Under the pieces are notes generated by a model. It had not been told where the DNA came from. It ran no database searches and worked only from the letters and a program-made list of their open reading frames with translations. DNA of 64,000 bases from an uncultured Candidatus Saccharibacteria bacterium. Lineage in GTDB: Bacteria > Patescibacteriota > Saccharimonadia > CAILAD01 > JADZBC01. A program made the position numbers and the translations under genes. How positions within the stretch are numbered: position 1 is the first letter of the stretch; each line of letters opens with the position of its first letter. The DNA is taken from the NCBI GenBank assembly GCA_964413715.1, contig CAYPSN010000005.1, positions 1,572 through 65,571 of the forward strand, written 5' to 3'. This document shows positions 9,883-17,943 of this stretch, in pieces.

Positions 9883-9912
9883 TGCCGGTAAACCATATGC
9901 CGGTAAACCATA
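9883..9912. repeat. 15-bp tandem duplication
   Basis: TGCCGGTAAACCATA x2 immediately 5' of tRNA-Ala. Confidence 0.9.
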
Positions 9913-9913
9913 T

Positions 9914-9990
<77 letters not shown>

Positions 9991-10032
9991 GAAATTATCA
10001 GGATTTATGCCTAAGCACGTAAAGGAGACAGC

Positions 10033-10458
10033 GTGGAAGAAATTAAGCGAAAAAGCAAAGAGGCCGTAAAAACTACCGCTAGTAAAACTAGAACTGTGGC
10101 CAGAAGCCAAGCCGGTGGCTTTGCTACGTTTATACGAGAGCAAGGTGTTGTTGGTTTGGCAGTTGGTTTCATTCTTGGTGCTGCGGTTGCCAAGGTTGTA
10201 ACCTCGCTCGTAAATGACGTTATTAACCCTCTAATTGGCGGTCTAATGGGTCGCACTGAGAGCATCAAGACTGCTGTTTGGACGGTTGGTGGTGCGCAAG
10301 TTGCCATCGGCAGCTTTATTGGCACTTTAATCGACTTTACGATTATCGCCGCAGTTGTTTACTTTGGTGTTAAGATTCTGCGACTTGATCGGCTCGACGT
10401 TAAGACCGACAAGCCACTTGCAAAAGTACCTGCGATTAACGCTAAGCTTGGCAAGTAG
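10033..10458 (+). CDS. mscL: large-conductance mechanosensitive channel
   Basis: F..FI....VVGLAVGFILGAA..KVVTSLVNDVINPLIG; GSFI..LIDF.IIA..VYF. Confidence 0.9.
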   Translation: MEEIKRKSKEAVKTTASKTRTVARSQAGGFATFIREQGVVGLAVGFILGAAVAKVVTSLVNDVINPLIGGLMGRTESIKTAVWTVGGAQVAIGSFIGTLIDFTIIAAVVYFGVKILRLDRLDVKTDKPLAKVPAINAKLGK

Positions 10459-10502
10459 CACAAGCGAAACCTTCTCTATATGGTAAAATAGTTTGCAGAC
10501 AT

Positions 10503-11783
10503 ATGAAGCAAGCTATCAAAAAAGCGCTTGTGCGCAAATTATCAAAACGAGTCAAGAGACTCTTCGCTGCGAATGAGCTCGTAGTAGTGGCCGTGACTGG
10601 TACTGTAGGAAAGACCAGCACCAAATTAGCTATCGCCAAGGTTCTCGAGTCTGCCGGTCGTAAGGTTGGCTATAGCGAGGATAGCTACAACAGCGATGTT
10701 GGTTTGCCTTTAAGCGTCTTTGGACTGAAAGTGCCTGACAGGCTCTTGAGTGTCAGTGGCTGGCGCAGAATTTTGCGGCAGATGGATTCGATGATTGATG
10801 ATTTTCCGTACGACGTTATCGTACAAGAGGTGGCCGAAGATGATTTGGATCTTATGCTGCCTTTTGTAAAACTCATTAAGCCAAAAATCGGTGTGGTTAC
10901 AGGATTGTCGCTTGCGCATACGGCACGCATGCAAGACATAGCAAAAATCAAAGCTGATCTTGTTGCGCTGACTGCTCCCATGGGTGAGCTGATTTGCAAT
11001 GCAGATTTTTCTGATTTAGCAGATGATACATTCCGAGCCCATGCAACGTATAGCACTCAGGGCAAGAAAGCTGATGTTGAGCTGGTTGAGGCAAAGCGCG
11101 CCAAAAGCGGTCTACTAGAGGCGGAAATAAAGATGTATGGCGAAAAGTCGCGTTTCAAAACCCAGCTTGTTGGTCGTCATAGCTTGTCGGCGCTTTTGGC
11201 TGCAGCCGCGGTGGCCCATGAATTAGGAGTAGATTCTGGGCAAATTAAGCAGGCCCTGGCAACAGTACCGGCTGTTAAAGGACGCATGAACTTATTGCCA
11301 GCTGTGCATGGCGCTCGCCTGATTGACGACAGCTATAACGCCGCTAGTCCAGTCGGCGTATTTGCCGCACTCGAGACACTCAAGGAGATGTCGGGCAAAA
11401 AGATTGCTGTGCTTGGCAATATGAACGAGCTTGGCGCCAAGAGCGAAGCTGCGCATAAGGAAGTCGGAGAATTTGCGGCTGGCATTGCCGATATGCTCAT
11501 TGTCATTGGCCCAGATGCCGAGAAGTATTTGGCTCCTGCGGCAATTGAAGCAGGCATGGAAAAATCAAACGTCAAAGTATTCCGTACCCCATACGAAGCC
11601 GGTCATTTTTTGAAGAAGAAAGTCTCCCAAGGCGACGTTGTGCTCGTAAAAGGCTCTCAAAACAATGTGTTTAGCGAAGAAGTAAGTAGAATCTTGCTGG
11701 ATAAATCACTCAAGCCAGAAGACGTACTTGTGCGTCAATCGGCCTTTTGGCGCCGCAAAAAGCGAAAGGCTTTTGCACAATAG
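10503..11783 (+). CDS. murF: UDP-MurNAc-tripeptide:D-Ala-D-Ala ligase
   Basis: VTGTVGKTST, GLPLS, GRM, IDDSYNA, LGNMNELG, LVKGSQ. Confidence 0.9.
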   Translation: MKQAIKKALVRKLSKRVKRLFAANELVVVAVTGTVGKTSTKLAIAKVLESAGRKVGYSEDSYNSDVGLPLSVFGLKVPDRLLSVSGWRRILRQMDSMIDDFPYDVIVQEVAEDDLDLMLPFVKLIKPKIGVVTGLSLAHTARMQDIAKIKADLVALTAPMGELICNADFSDLADDTFRAHATYSTQGKKADVELVEAKRAKSGLLEAEIKMYGEKSRFKTQLVGRHSLSALLAAAAVAHELGVDSGQIKQALATVPAVKGRMNLLPAVHGARLIDDSYNAASPVGVFAALETLKEMSGKKIAVLGNMNELGAKSEAAHKEVGEFAAGIADMLIVIGPDAEKYLAPAAIEAGMEKSNVKVFRTPYEAGHFLKKKVSQGDVVLVKGSQNNVFSEEVSRILLDKSLKPEDVLVRQSAFWRRKKRKAFAQ

Positions 11784-11784
11784 C

Positions 11785-12423
11785 ATGTCGGTTTTAAACG
11801 TACGACATGTCTGGCAGTTAGACCCTGAATCAGGCGTGCCGCTCGATCAGCGCCGTAGTGTTTGTGCCCCTGCAGCGGTCAACATCGTCCTCGACTATAT
11901 GCTCGGTCGCACCGGTAATGATAGTTTCAAAGTGGTGGATATTATCGCGCTCATGGAGAAGGCTGGAGGAAGGGTCAATGGTGTAGGCTGGAAGCACTCT
12001 GCCGGTGTTGGTGCGCTCAATGCACATGGCCTTATCGCTTGGCGTCGGAACTGGCTGGCTCCTTCGCAAGATCCCCGGCACTTTATCGAAGTCGAAGGCT
12101 ATGATGATCGCCAGGTGAGGGCATTCTTGGCGCAATTGGCTGCCGAGGAACAGGTGGAGGGAAGCATAGAAGAAAAGGCGCTTCACAGTATTAAACGCTC
12201 AATTGATGATAATTGCCCGGTTATAGCAAGTGTGAAAGCTGGCTTTAGCGAGAATGAAGGTTATCATCAGATTGTTATTGCGGGATACGGTGAAACAGAT
12301 CGTGGAGAATGGCTTGATATTGTCGACCCACTCTTACCTGCTGATAAGCAAACGCGCGTAGGGATTGAATATTTTTTGAGCTACTATAAGCTCCAATCAA
12401 TTTTTGTCAAAAGCCCAGATTGA
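11785..12423 (+). CDS. C39-like (papain-fold) peptidase
   Basis: Q..CAPAA (Cys), PVIASV, HQIVIAGY (His), IVDP (Asp). Confidence 0.75.
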   Translation: MSVLNVRHVWQLDPESGVPLDQRRSVCAPAAVNIVLDYMLGRTGNDSFKVVDIIALMEKAGGRVNGVGWKHSAGVGALNAHGLIAWRRNWLAPSQDPRHFIEVEGYDDRQVRAFLAQLAAEEQVEGSIEEKALHSIKRSIDDNCPVIASVKAGFSENEGYHQIVIAGYGETDRGEWLDIVDPLLPADKQTRVGIEYFLSYYKLQSIFVKSPD

Positions 12424-12448
12424 CACGCCATAATACGGGGGCTATAAT
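12420..12448 (+). promoter_or_regulatory. consensus sigma70 promoter of the leuS leader
   Basis: TTGACA-17 bp-TATAAT, perfect consensus. Confidence 0.9.
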
Positions 12449-12455
12449 CATGTCC

Positions 12456-12509
12456 ATGAAAATTCAACAACTCAACCTACTAGGCGTCTTGCTCTCCGCA
12501 TCGCGGTAG
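12456..12509 (+). CDS. leuS leader peptide MKIQQLNLLGVLLSASR
   Basis: 17 codons, 5 Leu (CTC, CTA, CTA, TTG, CTC); ATG 7 nt after TATAAT; followed by alternative antiterminator/terminator stems. Confidence 0.8.
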   Translation: MKIQQLNLLGVLLSASR

Positions 12510-12529
12510 GTTTTTGTTGTACGTAATTT

Positions 12530-12557
12530 CCAAAAGCCGCCGCAAGGCGGTTTTTGG
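12530..12557 (+). terminator. attenuator terminator upstream of leuS
   Basis: CCAAAAGCCGCC-GCAA-GGCGGTTTTTGG. Confidence 0.85.
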
Positions 12558-12617
12558 TTATGGCCGCCGAGCGCTTAATTTTTACTAAACAAACCAGACT
12601 AGGATACAATAGAAACT

Positions 12618-15032
12618 ATGAACGAAGCTACAAAATACAATCCGCAAGAAATCGAACTAAAATGGCAAAAAGTTTGGGCAGAAACAGGGCTCAATAAAAC
12701 TCCCACGGAGCCGAAGAATAAGTTCTATAACTTAGTTATGTTCCCGTACCCATCGGGAGATCTGCACATTGGTCATTGGTATAACTTTGGTCCAGCTGAC
12801 ACCATTGGTCGGTTCAATCGAATGCACGGCAAAGACGTCTTGCAGCCCAATGGCTATGACTCATTTGGCTTGCCAGCAGAAAACGCAGCTATCAAAAAAG
12901 GTGTGCCTGCAGAAGTCTGGACTGACGAGAACGTAGACCGATTCCATAAGCAATACGTTCGATTAGGTGGTATTTATGACCTAGATAAGGAAGTTGACAC
13001 TTCAAAACCCGAATACTATCGCTGGACACAGTGGTTGTTTTTACGCATGCTGAAGGCTGGTAAGGCTTATCAAGAAGATGGCTTGGTTAACTGGTGCCCC
13101 AAAGATCATACCGCCCTGGCTAACGAGCAAGTTATTCAGGGAGCGTGTGAGCGCTGTGGTACCAAAGTAGAGCGCAAGAAGTTGAAGCAGTGGTACTTTA
13201 AAATCACTGATTATGCTGATGCACTTTTGAATGATCTCGATACTTTGAATTGGCCAGAGCGGGTCAAAACTATGCAGCGCAATTGGATTGGTCGTAGTGA
13301 GGGTGCACAAGTGTACTTTGAGCTTGAAAATGGTAATAAATTAGAGGTTTACACTACGAGGCCAGATACACTGTACGGCGCAACGTTCTTAGTGCTTGCA
13401 CCAGAACACGAAATGGTTGCGGCTCTTACGACTACTGAACACAAGCAAGCGGTAGAGGATTACATCGAAGCAGCAGGCGCAAAAACCGACGTTGATCGCT
13501 TGGAGAACAAAGAAAAGACCGGCGTGTTTACCGGGTCATATGCCATCAATCCCGTGAACGGTGCAAGGCTTCCTGTTTGGGTGGCTGACTACGTGTTAAC
13601 CGGCTATGGCACCGGTGCTATCATGGCTGTTCCGGCGCATGACCAACGGGACTGGGAATTCGCGAAAAAGTTTGGTATTGAAATTAAAGAAGTCATTCAA
13701 GGTGGCGATGTTCACCAAGAGGCCTACACCGGTGATGGTGCCCTGATCAACTCGGCTGAGCTCAATGGTATGACAGTAGTAGATGCCAAGCAGGCAATTG
13801 TTCACAAGCTTGAACAAGATAAGGCCGGGCAAGCCAAAGTACAATACAAAATTCGTGACTGGCTGATTAGTCGCCAGCGTTACTGGGGTGCGCCCATTCC
13901 GATTATTTATTGTGATGACTGCGGAACGGTACCGGTGCCCGAGAGTGATTTGCCAGTTGTTCTGCCGCTTGGTCAGCAATTCGACGAATCGGGTCAGTCT
14001 CCTCTCGTAAAACACCCTGATTTTACACACGCAAAATGCCCTACGTGTGGTGGCGATGCGCGGCGCGAAACAGACACTATGGACACGTTTGTAGACTCGA
14101 GCTGGTATTTTCTGCGCTATCCAAATCCTGATTACACTGATGGGCCATTTGATCCTGAAGCGGTCAAGAAGTGGCTGCCAGTAGACAACTACATGGGCGG
14201 CATTGAGCACGCCATTCTTCACCTCTTGTATGCTCGGTTCTTTACAAAGTTCCTGCACGAAGAGGGCTTGATAGATTTTAATGAGCCATTCAAGCGCTTG
14301 ATTAATCAAGGCATGATACTTGGTTCTGATGGCGACAAGATGAGTAAGCGCAAAGGAAACGTCGTAGACCCACTAGAGTATGTCAATAAGTATGGTGCCG
14401 ACGCTGTGCGACTGTACCTGATGTTTATGGGCCCATACGAGGAGGGCGGCCCCTGGGATCCGCAGCGATTCGAAGGTACGTATCGTTTTATTAGTAAGGT
14501 ATGGGATCTGTATCATGGGTACGAAGTGATTGAAGCAAACGCGGCTACAGAAACAGCCCTCGTGCGCGAACTGCACAAAACCATACGAAAAGTCACCAGT
14601 GATCTTGAGAACATAAAGTTCAATACTGCAGTAGCGGCTATGATGGAATTTGTGAAATTTGCTTCTGGCGTGCGGCGCGATGGTTCGGTGAGTGAGCAAG
14701 TATGGCGCGAAGTGACTGGCCAGTTCTGTCTGTTGCTCGCACCGTTTACCCCGCATTTGGCAGAACAACTCTGGCACGATCTGGGCAATGAAGAAAGCGT
14801 GCACTTGCAAATGTGGCCTAAATACGACGCCGAAATGGTTAAGGTAGATGAGGTTGTCGTGGTAATTCAGGTAAATGGCAAATTACGTGGTGAATTTATA
14901 GCAGCAAGCGGTAGCGCCAATGAGGCGCTTGAGTCAGCCGCGCTTGCTCTGGCGCATGACAAGAAGTGGTTTGAGGGCGAGCCAAAGCGAGTTATCGTGG
15001 TGCCAAATAAGCTAGTAAATATTGTGGTGTAA
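12618..15032 (+). CDS. leuS: leucine--tRNA ligase
   Basis: MFPYPSGDLHIGH, YTTRPDT, GTGAIMAVPAHDQRD, ISRQRYWG, KMSKRKGN. Confidence 0.98.
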   Translation: MNEATKYNPQEIELKWQKVWAETGLNKTPTEPKNKFYNLVMFPYPSGDLHIGHWYNFGPADTIGRFNRMHGKDVLQPNGYDSFGLPAENAAIKKGVPAEVWTDENVDRFHKQYVRLGGIYDLDKEVDTSKPEYYRWTQWLFLRMLKAGKAYQEDGLVNWCPKDHTALANEQVIQGACERCGTKVERKKLKQWYFKITDYADALLNDLDTLNWPERVKTMQRNWIGRSEGAQVYFELENGNKLEVYTTRPDTLYGATFLVLAPEHEMVAALTTTEHKQAVEDYIEAAGAKTDVDRLENKEKTGVFTGSYAINPVNGARLPVWVADYVLTGYGTGAIMAVPAHDQRDWEFAKKFGIEIKEVIQGGDVHQEAYTGDGALINSAELNGMTVVDAKQAIVHKLEQDKAGQAKVQYKIRDWLISRQRYWGAPIPIIYCDDCGTVPVPESDLPVVLPLGQQFDESGQSPLVKHPDFTHAKCPTCGGDARRETDTMDTFVDSSWYFLRYPNPDYTDGPFDPEAVKKWLPVDNYMGGIEHAILHLLYARFFTKFLHEEGLIDFNEPFKRLINQGMILGSDGDKMSKRKGNVVDPLEYVNKYGADAVRLYLMFMGPYEEGGPWDPQRFEGTYRFISKVWDLYHGYEVIEANAATETALVRELHKTIRKVTSDLENIKFNTAVAAMMEFVKFASGVRRDGSVSEQVWREVTGQFCLLLAPFTPHLAEQLWHDLGNEESVHLQMWPKYDAEMVKVDEVVVVIQVNGKLRGEFIAASGSANEALESAALALAHDKKWFEGEPKRVIVVPNKLVNIVV

Positions 15033-15076
15033 CTTGCTAAAATCGCCCCAACATGGTAATATACTGAGCGAAGAAT

Positions 15077-15484
15077 ATGTCAATTAGCATTCTGGATTTA
15101 AGCCGAAAGCCCGAGGGAACTACTGTAACTCGAGCTATTCACATTGACACTTTGGAAGATATTGATCTGGCTCGTCCGATAGAGGCTCAAGCCGATATTA
15201 CGACACTGACTCCGCAGATTTTTACGGCTCGCTTAGCCACAAGCGTATTTCTTCGACGAATTTGCGATCGTTGCGCGAAAGCTTATGACTATGAACTGCC
15301 GATTCGTCTGGCGGTGACGTTTGCGGACGATGAAGTCGATGGTGAGTGGCCAATCGTTAACAATACTATCGACTTCACGCTCCCAGTGCGTGAAGAGATA
15401 CTGCTGAATCTTCCATTGCGTAGCTTATGCTCATCAGACTGCAAAGGCGTAACTTTTAAACACCAATCTAACACAGGAGTTTGA
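15077..15484 (+). CDS. YceD/DUF177 family protein
   Basis: CDRC...EEILLNLP..LCSSDCKG; upstream of rpmF. Confidence 0.85.
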   Translation: MSISILDLSRKPEGTTVTRAIHIDTLEDIDLARPIEAQADITTLTPQIFTARLATSVFLRRICDRCAKAYDYELPIRLAVTFADDEVDGEWPIVNNTIDFTLPVREEILLNLPLRSLCSSDCKGVTFKHQSNTGV

Positions 15485-15485
15485 C

Positions 15486-15653
15486 ATGCCAGTACCAAAG
15501 AAACGTACGTCAAAAGCTACCAAAGGTCAGCGACGAAGCCATGATAGTCTAACAGCAGTACAGCTGATGACGGAAAAAACCTCAGGCTTAATCGTGCCTC
15601 GCCGATTACACAAAGCAGCTAAGCTCGGCTTAGCTCGAACCAAGAAAGTATAG
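15486..15653 (+). CDS. rpmF: 50S ribosomal protein L32 (not in ORF track)
   Basis: MPVPKKRTSKATKGQRRSH..., 55 aa, AGGAG SD, yceD-rpmF synteny. Confidence 0.92.
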   Translation: MPVPKKRTSKATKGQRRSHDSLTAVQLMTEKTSGLIVPRRLHKAAKLGLARTKKV

Positions 15654-15662
15654 GCAGCCCTC

Positions 15663-16136
15663 ATGGCATCCAATCGTCACCTTGGCAGAATAGTCGCTCT
15701 ACAGAGTTTGTACGAGTATGATTTTCGAAGTGCGTTGCCCGAGTTACATTCTGATACCGACGAAATTGTTAAACGTAATCTCGAAGTCTATGGCGAAAGC
15801 ATAGAAGACACTGATTTTGTTTATGATTTGGTTAAAGGTACGATTGCCAATCAAGAGGCAGAGGATGCTTTGATAGTACCGGCTGCACCAGAATGGCCGA
15901 TTGATCAGATTGCCAAAGTAGATAGGGCTATTCTGCGATTGGCTCTTTATGAATTAACGCTCAAGCGTGATGTGCCGCCCAAGGTAGTAATCAACGAAGC
16001 AGTCGAGCTTGCCAAGGCATTTGGCGGAGAGAACTCAAGTAAATTTATTAATGGCGTATTAGGAACGATTTATCGCCAAAGTGATTTTTATGAACCAGAA
16101 GAAGACAAACAAAAACAAGCCAAAGAGTCAGCGTAA
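15663..16136 (+). CDS. nusB: transcription antitermination factor NusB
   Basis: RH.GR..ALQ.LYE, VDRAILRLA.YEL, VVINEAVELAK.FG...S.KFINGVLG. Confidence 0.96.
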   Translation: MASNRHLGRIVALQSLYEYDFRSALPELHSDTDEIVKRNLEVYGESIEDTDFVYDLVKGTIANQEAEDALIVPAAPEWPIDQIAKVDRAILRLALYELTLKRDVPPKVVINEAVELAKAFGGENSSKFINGVLGTIYRQSDFYEPEEDKQKQAKESA

Positions 16137-16593
16137 GGGAGACAGCCGCGCAAAGGCTATCCCAGAATACACTGCCGGCGGAATCGCCTTTCGTGAAACC
16201 GATGCTGGTATCGAGTTTTTGCTTATGCAAGATCATCGATCGCGCTGGACGATTCCAAAAGGACATGTTGAGTCTGGTGAAACATTAGAGCAAACCGCTC
16301 TACGAGAAATGAAGGAAGAGACCGGGCTTTCGAAGCTCAAGATTATTGACCGACTCGATAAGGTGCATTTTTTCTATCGCCGCGAAGGCAAGCTTATTTT
16401 TATGACAACGTTCATTTTTCTGATGCAAGCGCTGGACCCGCACGAAGAGTTGGTATTGGAAGATACTGAGTGGGTGATGGATCTCAAATGGTTCCCCGCA
16501 CAACAAGCGCGAGCTTTGATAGAATATAAGGGTACGAAATTACTCCTAGACATGAGCGTCAAGAAACTAAGAGAAATGGGTCACAATGTTTGA
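16090..16593 (+). CDS. NUDIX hydrolase
   Basis: Nudix box GHVESGETLEQTALREMKEETG. Confidence 0.9.
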   Translation: MNQKKTNKNKPKSQRKGDSRAKAIPEYTAGGIAFRETDAGIEFLLMQDHRSRWTIPKGHVESGETLEQTALREMKEETGLSKLKIIDRLDKVHFFYRREGKLIFMTTFIFLMQALDPHEELVLEDTEWVMDLKWFPAQQARALIEYKGTKLLLDMSVKKLREMGHNV

Positions 16594-17272
16594 ACAGAAG
16601 AAAGTTGAAGAGATCTTAGGTATTCAATTTGCTGATGCCGAGATTATTAAGCGTGCATTTGTGCATCGCAGTTATATTAATGAGCACCCCAAGGCTGGCC
16701 TAGAGCACAATGAGCGCTTAGAGTTTTTGGGTGATGCCGTTCTCGAGCTGGTGGTGACTGACCATCTCTACAGGAACTATAAAAATCCTGAGGGTGAATT
16801 AACGAGTTGGCGTAGTGCATTGGTAAAGACTGAATCTCTCGCAGCGGTCGCGGAGAAGCTTGGCCTTGGCCAGTATCTATTGATGTCGCATGGTGAAGTT
16901 AAAAGCGGTGGTCGCAGCCGAACAGCACTACTCGCCAATATGATCGAAGCGATTATTGGGGCAATTTATCTTGACCAGGGTTATGATACGGCTGCGAAAT
17001 TCATTGATCGCGAACTAATTGTGGGCTTGCCGCAGATCCTAGAATCTGGCGCGCATATAGATGCCAAGAGTAAATTCCAGGAAGTCGCTCAAGAGCGCGA
17101 GGGTATCACTCCGCATTATGAGGTCTTGGCCGAAGTTGGCCCTGATCATGACAAAGTATTTACTGTGGGTGTATTCTTGGGCAAGAAAGAATTAGGCCGT
17201 GGTGACGGATCGAGTAAGCAAGCCGGACAGCAGGCCGCAGCTGCAGATGCGTTGAGTCGCTACAAAAAGTAG
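16586..17272 (+). CDS. rnc: ribonuclease III
   Basis: HNERLEFLGDAVL signature; C-terminal dsRBD. Confidence 0.97.
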   Translation: MFEQKKVEEILGIQFADAEIIKRAFVHRSYINEHPKAGLEHNERLEFLGDAVLELVVTDHLYRNYKNPEGELTSWRSALVKTESLAAVAEKLGLGQYLLMSHGEVKSGGRSRTALLANMIEAIIGAIYLDQGYDTAAKFIDRELIVGLPQILESGAHIDAKSKFQEVAQEREGITPHYEVLAEVGPDHDKVFTVGVFLGKKELGRGDGSSKQAGQQAAAADALSRYKK

Positions 17273-17301
17273 CAATAAGTACAAAAACTTTAGATTAAAA
17301 C

Positions 17302-17334
17302 AAGAAGATCCTTACATTCGAGGATCTTCTTTGT
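17302..17334 (+). terminator. intrinsic terminator
   Basis: AAGAAGATCCT/AGGATCTTCTT followed by TGTT. Confidence 0.75.
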
Positions 17335-17404
17335 TATTAGGCGCTGTAGGTGGTGTACAGTAAGGACGTCGCCGGAATACAACGACCTACAGGGAGGTGA
17401 ACCG

Positions 17405-17848
17405 GTGTCCAAGGTACAAGTGCGAGTTTCCGTGTCAGTTGGCAGCGGTCCACTCGACCCGCCTGTCATTCGGGTTGATGCCAGTAGTTTGAGCTTCATG
17501 CCTAAGGGCATGGCTTTGCAGGTGGCTGGCAGGGATCCTGCTCGAGTGAACTACCAGCTTTCGCTGTACTCCAGCAAGCAGCTCGGCAAGGTTGGTGTCA
17601 GAATTCGCAACTGGATTCGCGACCATAGCGAGGTGAGTGGCTGTTTCGTTCAGCGTCATTCAATCATGCTCGGGGTACGCTACCGGGCCGACACAGGCTT
17701 CGATTCGTGGGAAGCGACGGAAAAGCTGCTGCAGGGCCTGAAGGCGTTTTTGCAGATTGAAGCGTTTCCCAACCGCGAATTAGTGTTCTCAGGGCCGCAG
17801 TACATGCTTGCCACCGAGATCATCTTGCCTGCTGATCAACACGAATAA
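17405..17848 (+). CDS. hypothetical protein (GC-rich, strong-SD class)
   Basis: GGGAGGTGA SD before GTG; 147 aa; GC-rich hairpin right after the stop. Confidence 0.65.
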   Translation: MSKVQVRVSVSVGSGPLDPPVIRVDASSLSFMPKGMALQVAGRDPARVNYQLSLYSSKQLGKVGVRIRNWIRDHSEVSGCFVQRHSIMLGVRYRADTGFDSWEATEKLLQGLKAFLQIEAFPNRELVFSGPQYMLATEIILPADQHE

Positions 17849-17943
17849 GACCTCTCGAGTTACCTGGAGGGGTCTCGAGAATGTAATTATCTAAATACCT
17901 ATAAAAATTGCTTCAAGCTTCTACCGAATAGTACAATGGGACT

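Noticed and set aside
12450-12560. T-box riboswitch upstream of leuS
   Set aside because: Too short for stem I and no TGGNACCGCG T-box; the leader-peptide model fits all stems
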